Positions 41,935-51,818 of a DNA stretch of 64,000 nt are shown here, piece after piece; the first letter of the stretch is position 1, and every line of letters begins with the position of its first letter. The notes beneath the pieces were generated by a model. That model worked only from the letters and a program-made list of their open reading frames with translations. It did not search any database and was not told the origin of the DNA. The position numbers were made by a program, and so were the translations under genes. The stretch spans positions 64,001 to 128,000 of the forward strand of contig CAXMWX010000011.1 of assembly GCA_963422205.2 (NCBI GenBank), written 5' to 3'. The stretch is from Gammaproteobacteria bacterium (GTDB lineage: Bacteria; Pseudomonadota; Gammaproteobacteria; Eutrophobiales; Eutrophobiaceae).

Positions 41935-42888
41935 TTAAAAAATCTCCATGCTGGCAAAGACGAACAGCAGAATCGTGATGGATATAATAGAGAGCAGGGA
42001 AGAGAGAAAGATGGTCGTCGTTGCCAAGGCACGGCCGGCTGTATAGCGCTGTGCAAACAGATACACTGTCACGCCCGCCGGTTGTGCCGCCATAACAGTC
42101 AGCACCGCCGCCCAGAAAATATTCAGCATAAACACACTGGTTGCCAGGCTCCAGACCAGCAGGGGAAACAGGATATTTTTCACAAATACGATGAAAGCCG
42201 CTTCCGTGACATGCCCTGCTATTTTGTATCTGGTTAATGAGGCGCCCAGTGAGAATAAGGCACAAGGCACCACGGCCGCCTGCATGTAGGCGGTGATGGC
42301 GTCTATTGCTGCCGGGAGTTTTGTATCCGTCTGGTTTAGCAATACGCCAATACACATGGCAATGATAAAGGGGTTTTTAATCAGCCCGGCCAGTATTTTT
42401 TGTGGTACACGCACAAGCGTTTCATGACGATTTTTACCGTATTCAAACAACACCGTGGTCAGTGCAAAAAAACTCAAACCATGCACGGAGAGAATCATGA
42501 AATAAGGCACGGTGCCTGCTTCGCCAAAAGTGCGGGTTATCACCGGCAGACCCACCAGCACCATATTACCAAAGGCACAGGCAAACCCGGTGATCACCGA
42601 GGTCATGAACTGGCGGGCAAACAACTTCGAAGCGACCAGTATGCCGAGCAGATAGCAAGCAGAGCCAGCAATATAAAAGCTGCCAAACAAGGCCCAGGGG
42701 ATCTGCTCCGGTAACACCGTGTTGGCGAAAATTCTCACCAGCATGATCGGCACCGCATAATCAAATACAAACAGCGCCAGGCCCTCTGCCGCCCGGTCTG
42801 AAAACCAGCCGAGCCGGGCGGCCAGATAACCGATGAATGCGATGCCGTATACCGGCAGAATAATATTGATAATTGCGTATAGATGCAT
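41935..42888 (-). CDS. AEC (auxin efflux carrier) family transporter
   Basis: About 10 hydrophobic segments; FVFDYAVP, FGN..LVGLP, KNPFI, PCALFSLG, AAQPAG. Confidence 0.88.
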   Translation of the reverse strand: MHLYAIINIILPVYGIAFIGYLAARLGWFSDRAAEGLALFVFDYAVPIMLVRIFANTVLPEQIPWALFGSFYIAGSACYLLGILVASKLFARQFMTSVITGFACAFGNMVLVGLPVITRTFGEAGTVPYFMILSVHGLSFFALTTVLFEYGKNRHETLVRVPQKILAGLIKNPFIIAMCIGVLLNQTDTKLPAAIDAITAYMQAAVVPCALFSLGASLTRYKIAGHVTEAAFIVFVKNILFPLLVWSLATSVFMLNIFWAAVLTVMAAQPAGVTVYLFAQRYTAGRALATTTIFLSSLLSIISITILLFVFASMEIF

Positions 42889-43013
42889 TCGGTGTCTGTC
42901 AGCCTGCAGGCTGGTGGGCGTGATACGCCAGGATCAGCCGGCTTCAGCAAAGCCCGGGCGCGGTGTTAATATAAGCCGCCATCAGGATAACTCATCATCA
43001 TAACCATCCAGTC

Positions 43014-43826
43014 ATGCTCGCACAATTTCTACAGAAGTATAAGCCGGTTTTCGTGCTGACCGGTGCGGGCGCCAGCACCGCCTCGGGGATCCCGGATTAC
43101 CGCGATAAAAACGGCGCCTGGAAGCATACGCAACCCATTCGGTATCAGGATTTTTTAAGGCACGAAAACATGCGTAAACGCTACTGGGCGCGCAGTATGA
43201 ACGGCTGGCCGCATATACAAGCTGCACGCCCGAATGATGCCCATATCGCGCTCCGGCAGATGGAGGATATGGGGCTGATCAGTGCGGTGGTGACGCAAAA
43301 CGTCGATGGCCTGCATCAGCAGGCGGGCAGCCGGGCGGTGATCGACCTGCATGGCACGATCCACAAGGTGCGCTGTCTGGACTGCCACAGCCTCTACCCG
43401 CGGCATGATATTCAACACGAGCTGGAGGCAAAGAACCCTGGCTTTATCAACACCAACGGCGACATCAAACCCGATGGCGATGCCGCTGTTGTACGCCATA
43501 ATCTGGCCGAGTTTCGGCTGCCGTATTGTCCGTGCTGTCATGGCACAGTCAAACCGGACGTGGTATTTTTCGGCGAGAACGTACCCAGGGAGCGGAAAGA
43601 CAGCGCAACCCAACGGCTGATCATATCCAGAGGCATGCTGGTGGCCGGTTCTTCCTTGATGGTCTATTCGGGCTATCGTTTCTGCCAGATCGCACAGCAA
43701 TATGGCATCCCGATCGTATCCGTCAACCAGGGCGTGACCCGCGCTGATGATGAGTTTTTATTCAAACTTGATGCAGAATGCGGCAGCACATTAAGAGAGA
43801 CCATAAAAACGCTCAGACAAGGCTGA
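43014..43826 (+). CDS. NAD-dependent sirtuin deacylase (class II / SIRT4-like)
   Basis: LTGAGASTASGIPDYR, RYWARS, TQNVDGLH, DLHG, CxxC...CxxC, KPDVVFFGE, GSSLMVYSG. Confidence 0.92.
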   Translation: MLAQFLQKYKPVFVLTGAGASTASGIPDYRDKNGAWKHTQPIRYQDFLRHENMRKRYWARSMNGWPHIQAARPNDAHIALRQMEDMGLISAVVTQNVDGLHQQAGSRAVIDLHGTIHKVRCLDCHSLYPRHDIQHELEAKNPGFINTNGDIKPDGDAAVVRHNLAEFRLPYCPCCHGTVKPDVVFFGENVPRERKDSATQRLIISRGMLVAGSSLMVYSGYRFCQIAQQYGIPIVSVNQGVTRADDEFLFKLDAECGSTLRETIKTLRQG

Positions 43827-44012
43827 ACATTGCCCTGTATCAGGGGGAAGATATCGATATAAAGATGCCACACATACACAGCAACAATGCATTATCATGG
43901 GCAGGACTGGCAACAGTCTGGTCGGCTCTCAAGAGAACAACCATGCACACTGCCGATAACCGACCCGGTCAGTGAACCAACACGGGCTATCCATCATCAC
44001 ATCAATATGCCA

Positions 44013-44633
44013 ATGAAAAACGCTGCCCCGACCCCACGCCGGCTGGGCGCCTACCTGGCCTGCTCTGATGCCGTCCTGGAAAATGCTGTGAATAAACAGC
44101 AGCAGGCGGCCAGGGCCGGGCAGAGGGCCAAACGTATCGGCCAACTGCTGCTGAATAACAGCGACATCACGACCGATGAACTGTCTGCTGCCATCAACAG
44201 GCAACGTGTGGCCCGCCTGGGCGCATGTCCTGTTTTTCACACCTTGAGCAGCACCGAATTAACCGCGTTGAGTCGCTGCTTTGATGAGGTATCCGTTGCC
44301 AGCGGCAAACAATTTATCATTCAGGATCAGCCTGATCCGACCTTGTTTATTCTATGCAGTGGCGCAGTTGAGGTATACCGCACCACACTGGCAGGCGAGC
44401 ATCTTCATATCACGCACGTAACCGCACCTGAGCCGATCGGCGAGATGGGGTATTTCTCCGATGGTATCAGGGCGGCCTCGGTCAAGGCCGTGGAGGCAGT
44501 CGAGTTGTTATGTGCAGAATACAGCGCACTGACCACGTATTTCGAACATGTCCCCAGGGTGGCATTGGCATTTCTCTCCTTGGTTGAGCAGCGGCGCAAG
44601 GCGATGGCCGCCATCACAACGCCACCAACCTAG
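44013..44633 (+). CDS. MshEN-like plus cyclic-nucleotide-binding domain protein (start uncertain: 44007 or 44013)
   Basis: RLGAYL...Q and the 24-residue RIGQLLLNNSDITTDELSAAINRQ; cNMP domain LFILCSGAVEVY...IGEMGYFSDGIRAASVKA. Confidence 0.7.
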   Translation: MKNAAPTPRRLGAYLACSDAVLENAVNKQQQAARAGQRAKRIGQLLLNNSDITTDELSAAINRQRVARLGACPVFHTLSSTELTALSRCFDEVSVASGKQFIIQDQPDPTLFILCSGAVEVYRTTLAGEHLHITHVTAPEPIGEMGYFSDGIRAASVKAVEAVELLCAEYSALTTYFEHVPRVALAFLSLVEQRRKAMAAITTPPT

Positions 44634-44634
44634 C

Positions 44635-46119
44635 TCACCTGTTTTCGGCCTGGTACGAATACGTCGGCAACAGCTTGTGTTCAATCAAATCAAATACACC
44701 CTGCACCGACAAAGCCAGCACCGCCGCCGGGATTGCCCCATCCAGAATCAAGGCCGTATCATCAAGCCGAATCCCGGTCAATATGGGCTGACCATAGCCA
44801 CCGGCACCGATCAATGCGCCCAGCGTGGCCAGCCCCACATTCATCACCGCTGCGGTTTTGATACCCGACATAATCGATCGCAAGGCCAGCGGCAGTTCAA
44901 TACGTTGTAACCTCTCAGCCGCAGGCAGGCCCAGCGCGATGGCCGATTCGATCACGTCAGGCTGAATATCCTTAATGCCACTCGCTGTATTGCGTATGAT
45001 CGGTAACAGGCTGTAGAGAAACAAGGCCACGATGGCGGGCAGCGTGCCGATGCCCAGCAAGGGAATGAGAAAGACAAACAGCGCCAATGCCGGGACAGTC
45101 TGCAACACACCGCTGCCGGCCAGCAGCACCTGCCCCAGGCGTGCCTGTTTTGCTGCCACAATCCCAGCAGGTACGGCGATGAGGATCGCACAACTGAGCG
45201 AGACAATCACCAGATATAAATGACTCAAGGTATTTTTATACAGCCTGCCGACCCAACTCACGCCAGCAGGGGCGGCTTGTATGGATAATGCTGAACGCAG
45301 AAAATCCGCCACCACCTGCTGACTGTCCTGCCGGGCAATTTTCACCTGCCGGTTCAGGGCCGTCATGGTGTGTTCGTTCAAGTGATTATTGACCAGCGCC
45401 AACCTTTCGGACAAGCCGGGATAAGCCGCCAGGGCCTGCTCCCGGTACAGATAGATGGCCTGGTATTCAGTAAAAAACTGCTTATCATCGCGCAATCGCT
45501 GGATTTTATAATAGTCAATCTCGGCATCTGTTGCATACAGATCAATGACATCGATATGCCGGCTGACCAAACCACGGTAGGCCAGATCATGATCCAGACC
45601 GGTCACATGCGTATGTGGCAGTCCGTAGTGCTGGCGCAGGGCTGACCAGCCATCACCTCGTGAGATAAACTCATTGCTGAGTCCGAAACGCAACTGAGGC
45701 CAGCGATGCAAATCGGTTATTTCCTTAATCTGCAGGGCGGCCGCCCTGGCCTGCAACATGCCCAGCACATAACTGTTGTTAAAACCCAGGGGCGCCGTCA
45801 TCAAGATCCCCTCGTGCTTTAACTGCCGTGACAGGGCCTCATCATTCGGCAGCGGGACACCGGCAAAAATTTCCTGGCGCAGCGTGCCGGTATACTCTGG
45901 ATAAATATCTATTTTCCCGGCCAGCAGCGCATTCCATAAAATGCGTGTCCCGCCCAACTCCTGTCTGTGTTCTACCCCGATACCATCAGCGGCAAGTAAT
46001 TGCATTGCTATCTCCGCCAGGATCACGTTCTCGGTAAATTTCTTCGAAGCCACCGTCAAGCCCGGACTGGCATGCACCGAGGCCGCACTCAACACCAGCA
46101 GGAGGCACAAAGCACGCAT
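44635..46119 (-). CDS. Betaine/osmoprotectant-family ABC transporter, fused substrate-binding protein plus permease
   Basis: SKKFTEN, YPEYTGT, GFNNSY; permease QTVPALALF, LYSLLPIIRNT, EAA-like VIESAIALG, IELPLA. Confidence 0.9.
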   Translation of the reverse strand: MRALCLLLVLSAASVHASPGLTVASKKFTENVILAEIAMQLLAADGIGVEHRQELGGTRILWNALLAGKIDIYPEYTGTLRQEIFAGVPLPNDEALSRQLKHEGILMTAPLGFNNSYVLGMLQARAAALQIKEITDLHRWPQLRFGLSNEFISRGDGWSALRQHYGLPHTHVTGLDHDLAYRGLVSRHIDVIDLYATDAEIDYYKIQRLRDDKQFFTEYQAIYLYREQALAAYPGLSERLALVNNHLNEHTMTALNRQVKIARQDSQQVVADFLRSALSIQAAPAGVSWVGRLYKNTLSHLYLVIVSLSCAILIAVPAGIVAAKQARLGQVLLAGSGVLQTVPALALFVFLIPLLGIGTLPAIVALFLYSLLPIIRNTASGIKDIQPDVIESAIALGLPAAERLQRIELPLALRSIMSGIKTAAVMNVGLATLGALIGAGGYGQPILTGIRLDDTALILDGAIPAAVLALSVQGVFDLIEHKLLPTYSYQAENR

Positions 46120-46871
46120 TATGTCTGCAACGCAGATAAGGTCTGCAAGGGCTGTCTTTGCGCCTGCACAAAGTCATGCACAAAGCGGTTGACGGGAGAC
46201 TGTATCAATGCCCTGGCCGTGCCCTGCTGGACGATGCTGCCATGGTGTAATAACACAATCCAGTCAGCAAAATACACCGCTTCGCTCATATCATGCGTCA
46301 CCATGACAACCGTCTTCGCCAGTTCCTGAAAAATGTCCCGTAGCTGCTGCTGTAGCTGATAACGGATCAGCGGATCAAGCGCCGCCAGCGGCTCATCCAG
46401 GAGCAATATTTTCGGATCAAGCATCAAGGCGCGCATCAGGCTGACACGCTGACGCTGACCGCCTGACAGGTGTATCGGGTAACGAGTCAGTGCGTTACTA
46501 CTGATCTGCACCAGATCAGCAAGCTGCTGCACTCGCTGTTGCAGTCGCTTATCAGACCAGCCAAGATAGCGCGGCATCAGGGCGAGGTTTTCAAAGGCAT
46601 TCAGATGAGGGAACAGCCCGCCTTCCTGGATCACATACCCCATGGCCTGGCGTTGTTTCAGCAGCTTATCCTGACACAATCTCTCATCATCAATCTGTAT
46701 GCGGCCCGTATCACAGGCAACCAGCCCGTTTATCAGCCGCATGAGGGTGGACTTGCCACTGCCGCTGGGGCCGATCAAGGCCGTGGTGGTGTTGGCCTTG
46801 AAGTGCAACGTGATGTTATCGATGGCAACCTGCCCTGCATACCGCTTGCCTACCTTGTCAAGCGTAATCAT
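46119..46871 (-). CDS. ABC transporter ATP-binding subunit (OpuBA/OsmV-like, no CBS domains)
   Basis: GPSGSGKST, YVIQEGGLFPH, LSGGQRQRV, LLLDEP, VTHD. Confidence 0.93.
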   Translation of the reverse strand: MITLDKVGKRYAGQVAIDNITLHFKANTTTALIGPSGSGKSTLMRLINGLVACDTGRIQIDDERLCQDKLLKQRQAMGYVIQEGGLFPHLNAFENLALMPRYLGWSDKRLQQRVQQLADLVQISSNALTRYPIHLSGGQRQRVSLMRALMLDPKILLLDEPLAALDPLIRYQLQQQLRDIFQELAKTVVMVTHDMSEAVYFADWIVLLHHGSIVQQGTARALIQSPVNRFVHDFVQAQRQPLQTLSALQT

Positions 46872-46993
46872 GACCGTTTGCCTCAGTGCTGATTCATGAT
46901 CGATGCGGGTGGGCTGTGCGCCGATGACAGACTGCCAGCCCAGCCGTTCGGCAGGTGCAGAGGCAAAACACAGGATGCCATCATCGCCGCCGG

Positions 46994-47674
46994 TCAGGCG
47001 AATAAATGATCAGCGACAAAGGGATTGGTCTGCCGTTCCTGGCCGAAAGTCGAGCGAGGGCCATGACCGGGCACGAATTCTACATCATCGCCCCGGTGAT
47101 CTGCCTGGGGAGCTGTCTCATGCGTTGCGAGGGGCCATAGCTTGCCACGGATGGAATCGATCAAATCGGCATAATTACCACGGGGAAAATCCGTCCGGCC
47201 AATCGCCCCCTGGAATAACACATCGCCGACGAGCGCCAGCCTGTGTTGCGGCTGAAAAAAAACGACATGGCCGGGCGTGTGACCAGGACAATGTTTCACC
47301 AACCACGTCAAATTACCTACGCTGACGATATCGTCATCTTCCAGCCAGCGATCCGGCACAAAGGCTTCAGAGGCGGGGAAGTCAAACATGCGCGCCTGTT
47401 CGGCCAGCATATCAATCCAGAACTGATCCGCCTTATGCGGCCCTTCTATGGGTAAACGCAAGCGCCTTGCCAACTCGGCAACGCCACCGGCATGATCAAT
47501 ATGGGCATGCGTGACCAGGATTTTCTCCAGCACCGCCTGCTCCGCCTCAACGGCATCGAGCAGCCGGTCCAACTCGCCGCCCGGATCGACCACAGCCGCC
47601 TTGCCCGTCTCATCACAAATGATGATGGAGGCGTTTTGTTGTAACGGCGTGACCGGCACCACAGTGATTCGCAT
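46994..47674 (-). CDS. Metallo-beta-lactamase-fold hydrolase (YcbL/GloC-like)
   Basis: VTPLQQN, THAHIDHAGG, PGHTPGH, GDVLF.G.IGRTD, PGHG. Confidence 0.9.
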   Translation of the reverse strand: MRITVVPVTPLQQNASIIICDETGKAAVVDPGGELDRLLDAVEAEQAVLEKILVTHAHIDHAGGVAELARRLRLPIEGPHKADQFWIDMLAEQARMFDFPASEAFVPDRWLEDDDIVSVGNLTWLVKHCPGHTPGHVVFFQPQHRLALVGDVLFQGAIGRTDFPRGNYADLIDSIRGKLWPLATHETAPQADHRGDDVEFVPGHGPRSTFGQERQTNPFVADHLFA

Positions 47675-47783
47675 ACTCTCATACTCCTGTTATGGCATGG
47701 ACGCATGGCAGGCATGATAACCCCATATCATGCAAGTCGCCGTTGCCCTGCTCATCAGCAGAAGGGACGTAAAGCGGAGGGCA

Positions 47784-49604
47784 TCACACCCGGACTTTGA
47801 CATAAGCGCCCGGGGCATCTTCCAGTGCGGGCAGGTCCGCAGCACCGGGGATGCGGGCAGGGACTTTGTTACCGCTGAACTCCAGCAACCACTGATTCCA
47901 GTCAGGCCACCATGAACCGGCATGTTTTTCCGCTTGCCGCCGCCAATTAGCTGCTGCCACCGCCACTGAACCGCCGGTGTAGTACGCATACTTGCCAGCA
48001 TCTGGATGGTTGATGATACCGGCAATATGGCCTGAGGTGCCCAGAACAAAACGCACCGGGCTGGCAAAGAGCTGGGCGCCCTTATAGGTCGTCTTCCAGG
48101 GGGCAATATGATCCTCTTCGGTGGAGATAAAATAAGCCGGGGTATCAACAGAGCGTAAATCAATCGGCACATCGGCGATGCTGATCCCGCCCGGCTCTTT
48201 GAATTTATTCTCAAGATACATGGTACGCAGATAGGTGCTGTGCATTTTCGCCGGCATACGCGTGCAATCGGCATTCCAGTACAACAAATCAAACGGAAAA
48301 GGATCTTTACCCAGCAGGTAGTTACGCACGTAAAAAGACCAGATCAAATCATTGGCACGCAGCATGTTAAAGGTCTTCGACATCTCTGCCCCATCATGAT
48401 AGCCCTTCTCATTCATGCACGCCTCCAGGCGGCTGAGTTGCTCCTCATCAATGAACACCCCCAGATCACCCGGCTCGGAGAAATCCAGCAGGGCCGCAAA
48501 AAATGTGGCCGACTTGATACGCATATCCTGTTTGGCCTTGAGATACGCCAGCACCGCACCTAACAAGGTGCCGCCGATGCAGTAGCCGGTGACATTGACC
48601 TGTTGCTCCCCGGTGCATAAGGTCACGGCGTCCAGGGCAGCCAGAGGCCCCTGGAACACATAGTCGGCAAAATCCTTATCACCCAGAGCAGCATCCGGGT
48701 TGACCCAGGAAATCACGAACACGGTGTGACCTTGCCCCGTCAGCCACTTGATCAGGGAATTCCTGGCTTGCAGATCGAGAATATAAAATTTATTGATCCA
48801 GGGAGGCACAATCAGCAACGGCGTCTGGTAGACTTCTTCGGTGGTCGGGGCGTACTGCAACAACTGCATCATCTCATTCTGAAATATCACCTTGCCGGGC
48901 GTGGTGGCCACATCCTTGCCTAACTCAAAGGCATCCATGTCGGTCATTTTAATCTTGAGCTGGCCTTGTTCAGGATCAAAATCATCAATGAAATTCTGCA
49001 AGCCCTTGAGCAGATTGTCGCCCTTGCTGTCAATAGTCGCCTGCATCACCTCAGGATTAGTCATGGCAAAATTGGAAGGCGACATGGCATCAACAAATTG
49101 CTTGGTATAAAAACGCGCCTTGTGGGCGGTCTTCTCATCCAGCCCGTCAATCTCTTCCGCCATGCCCTGTATGGTGTTGGCCGTCAGCAGATAAGACTGC
49201 TTGATAAAATCAAAAAACGGATGGCTGTCCCAGGCATCATGCTTAAAACGAGAGTCGCCCCTGTCCGGTGCCAGCTGCGCCTTGACCTCGGTCCCCATAA
49301 AACGCCGGGTCGCATCCAGCCACAGATCAGCATAGGACTGCCACAGCTGCATCTGCACCTCGGCCAGTCGTTCAGGGCGCTGCATCAAGGCGGCGGTCAT
49401 CTCCAGAAAAGTCTGCCCCACACCGAGGGGATCCAGGCCGCCCCCCTGCTGACCCTGCACCTGTTGACATTGAGCATGCAGAAACTGGCTCAACATGCCA
49501 TGATAGCTCTCGGCAATACTGGCCAGGGCCTTCACTAACTCCTCATTGATTGCCGCCTGCTCTGTCTGGCTGTTCTCTGCTGATGTGGTGTCTGCTGGGT
49601 TCAT
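47784..49604 (-). CDS. phaC: Class I polyhydroxyalkanoate synthase
   Basis: SPSNF..NPE, ATTPGKV, PPWINKFYILDL, lipase-like box GYCIGGT, LYWNAD, DHIAPW, SGHIAG. Confidence 0.96.
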   Translation of the reverse strand: MNPADTTSAENSQTEQAAINEELVKALASIAESYHGMLSQFLHAQCQQVQGQQGGGLDPLGVGQTFLEMTAALMQRPERLAEVQMQLWQSYADLWLDATRRFMGTEVKAQLAPDRGDSRFKHDAWDSHPFFDFIKQSYLLTANTIQGMAEEIDGLDEKTAHKARFYTKQFVDAMSPSNFAMTNPEVMQATIDSKGDNLLKGLQNFIDDFDPEQGQLKIKMTDMDAFELGKDVATTPGKVIFQNEMMQLLQYAPTTEEVYQTPLLIVPPWINKFYILDLQARNSLIKWLTGQGHTVFVISWVNPDAALGDKDFADYVFQGPLAALDAVTLCTGEQQVNVTGYCIGGTLLGAVLAYLKAKQDMRIKSATFFAALLDFSEPGDLGVFIDEEQLSRLEACMNEKGYHDGAEMSKTFNMLRANDLIWSFYVRNYLLGKDPFPFDLLYWNADCTRMPAKMHSTYLRTMYLENKFKEPGGISIADVPIDLRSVDTPAYFISTEEDHIAPWKTTYKGAQLFASPVRFVLGTSGHIAGIINHPDAGKYAYYTGGSVAVAAANWRRQAEKHAGSWWPDWNQWLLEFSGNKVPARIPGAADLPALEDAPGAYVKVRV

Positions 49605-49625
49605 ATTCAGTTGATTTCATTCATT

Positions 49626-49666
49626 TTGTTGCGATGCAGCATAATGTTGTACAGAGACATTGTCAA
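49626..49666 (-). promoter_or_regulatory. phaC sigma70 promoter with PhaR-type box
   Basis: Minus strand TTGACA (49666-61), 17 nt, TATGCT (49643-38), overlapped by TGCATCGCAACAA. Confidence 0.8.
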
Positions 49667-49690
49667 CGCATTATGCACACGGATAGACGC

Positions 49691-50329
49691 TCAGCTAAAC
49701 AACCAGGGCGCTTGTCTTGCACGTTGGGCTTCATAGTCCTTGATCGCTGCGCTGTTTTGCAGCGTCAGGGCAATATCATCCAGGCCGTTCAGCAGCCGGT
49801 GTTTTAATGCCGGGTCAATGGTAAATTCCATCGCCTCACCATCGGGCTGAACGAGGGTCTGGGCGGCCAGATCGATGCTCAACTGATAGCCCTCATGGGC
49901 AAATACCCGGGCAAACAAGTCGTCCACTGTCTCCTCGGGGAGTTGAATGGCCAGCACGCCGTTCTTGCCACAGTTGCTGAAAAATATATCGGCAAAACTC
50001 GGGGCGATGAGGCAGCGAAAACCATACTCCCGCAAGGCCCACACCGCATGTTCTCTTGAGGAGCCGCAGCCAAAGTTTTTCCTGGCCAGCAGGACCTCCG
50101 CGCTCTGATAGCGCGGCAGGTTTAACACAAAGTCCGTCACCAAAGGGCGCTCGGCACACTCCTGCCCCGGCTCGCCCACGTCCTGATAACGCCATTCGTC
50201 AAACAGAAACTGCCCAAAGCCGCGGCGATGAATGGATTTCAAAAACTGTTTCGGGATGATGGCATCGGTGTCCACATTCGGCCGGTCTATCGGCGCCACT
50301 AAACCCACTAATGTTGTAAATGCCTGCAT
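49691..50329 (-). CDS. leuD: 3-isopropylmalate dehydratase small subunit
   Basis: [40 protein letters not shown]. Confidence 0.93.
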   Translation of the reverse strand: MQAFTTLVGLVAPIDRPNVDTDAIIPKQFLKSIHRRGFGQFLFDEWRYQDVGEPGQECAERPLVTDFVLNLPRYQSAEVLLARKNFGCGSSREHAVWALREYGFRCLIAPSFADIFFSNCGKNGVLAIQLPEETVDDLFARVFAHEGYQLSIDLAAQTLVQPDGEAMEFTIDPALKHRLLNGLDDIALTLQNSAAIKDYEAQRARQAPWLFS

Positions 50330-50362
50330 CTTAATCCCGTCTGCCAGTCAGCCGCAGCCCCT

Positions 50363-51766
50363 CTAGCCCTGCTCCCTGATGTCGACAAAATGGCCGGCAA
50401 CAGCGGCAGCGGCGGCCATCGCCGGGCTGACCAGATGCGTCCGCCCGCCCGGCCCCTGTCGGCCCTCAAAGTTACGATTCGATGTAGAGGCGCACCGCTC
50501 GCCCTGGTTGAGCCGGTCTTCATTCATGCCCAGACACATGGAACAGCCCGGCTCACGCCATTCGAACCCGGCCTCCAGAAAGAGCGTGTCCAGCCCTTCC
50601 TGCTCGGCCTGTTTCTTGACCACACCGGAACCCGGCACGATTAGCGCTTCGGTAATGTTGGCGGCAATTTTTCTTCCCGCTACCCGCTCGGCCGCCGCCC
50701 GCAGGTCTTCAATCCGTGAGTTGGTGCAGGAGCCGATAAAGACCTTGTCCACTTTGATATCCGTGATGGCCGTCCCCGGTTGCAAATCCATATAGGCCAG
50801 GGCCTGCTGCATGCCCTCTCTTTTTACCGGGTCGGCTTCTTTTTCCGGGTCGGGCACTACGCCTGTCACTGGTACCACCATCTCCGGTGACGTACCCCAG
50901 GTGACAGCCGGGGCGACATCGGCGGCATCGATCTCAAGCACGGCATCGAATCGGGCATCAGGATCAGAGTGCAGTGTCCGCCAGCAGGCAACGGCCTGCT
51001 CCCATAGATCACCGGTTGGCGCAAAAGGCCGACCTTTGACATACTCAATGGTCTTCTCATCCACCGCCACCATGCCGCTGCGGGCGCCCGCTTCAATCGC
51101 CATATTACACAGCGTCATGCGTGCCTCCATGCTCAATGCGGTGATGGCATCGCCAGCGAACTCGATGACAAACCCGGTGCCGCCCGCCGTCCCTGTTTTG
51201 CCGATGATATGCAGGATCAGATCCTTGGCGCTGACATGCTCGGCCAACCTCTGGTTGACCTTGACCAGCATATTCCTGGCCTTCTGCAACGGCAGGGTCT
51301 GGGTCGCCAGCACATGCTCTACCTCTGAAGTGCCGATACCGAAGGCCAGCGCGCCCAGGGCGCCGTTGGTCGTGGTGTGGGAATCGCCACAGACGATGGT
51401 CATGCCGGGCAGGCAAGCCCCCTGCTCCGGCCCCATCACATGCACAATGCCCTGACGTTCATCATGCAGTTCAATATGAGGAATGCGCCAGTGTTTTACA
51501 TTCTTGTCCAGCGTCTGTAGCTGCAATTTCGACACCGGATCACCGATCACAGCCCGGTCCCTGGTCGGCACATTATGATCCGGCACGGCGATGTTGGCAG
51601 ACAAACGCCAGGGTTGCCGACCGGCCAGCCTCAGGCCCTCAAAGGCCTGCGGCGAGGTCACTTCATGGATGATGTGTTTGTCAATGTAAATGAGACAGTT
51701 GCCATCGCCCGTATCCTGCACAAGATGATCGTCCCACAGCTTGTCGTAGAGTGTTCTGGCAGTCAT
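50363..51766 (-). CDS. leuC: 3-isopropylmalate dehydratase large subunit
   Basis: [50 protein letters not shown]. Confidence 0.93.
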   Translation of the reverse strand: MTARTLYDKLWDDHLVQDTGDGNCLIYIDKHIIHEVTSPQAFEGLRLAGRQPWRLSANIAVPDHNVPTRDRAVIGDPVSKLQLQTLDKNVKHWRIPHIELHDERQGIVHVMGPEQGACLPGMTIVCGDSHTTTNGALGALAFGIGTSEVEHVLATQTLPLQKARNMLVKVNQRLAEHVSAKDLILHIIGKTGTAGGTGFVIEFAGDAITALSMEARMTLCNMAIEAGARSGMVAVDEKTIEYVKGRPFAPTGDLWEQAVACWRTLHSDPDARFDAVLEIDAADVAPAVTWGTSPEMVVPVTGVVPDPEKEADPVKREGMQQALAYMDLQPGTAITDIKVDKVFIGSCTNSRIEDLRAAAERVAGRKIAANITEALIVPGSGVVKKQAEQEGLDTLFLEAGFEWREPGCSMCLGMNEDRLNQGERCASTSNRNFEGRQGPGGRTHLVSPAMAAAAAVAGHFVDIREQG

Positions 51767-51818
51767 CGCCCTATCATAACCCAATCACGGGAAAACACAG
51801 CATCCTGCCTGCTTTTAG

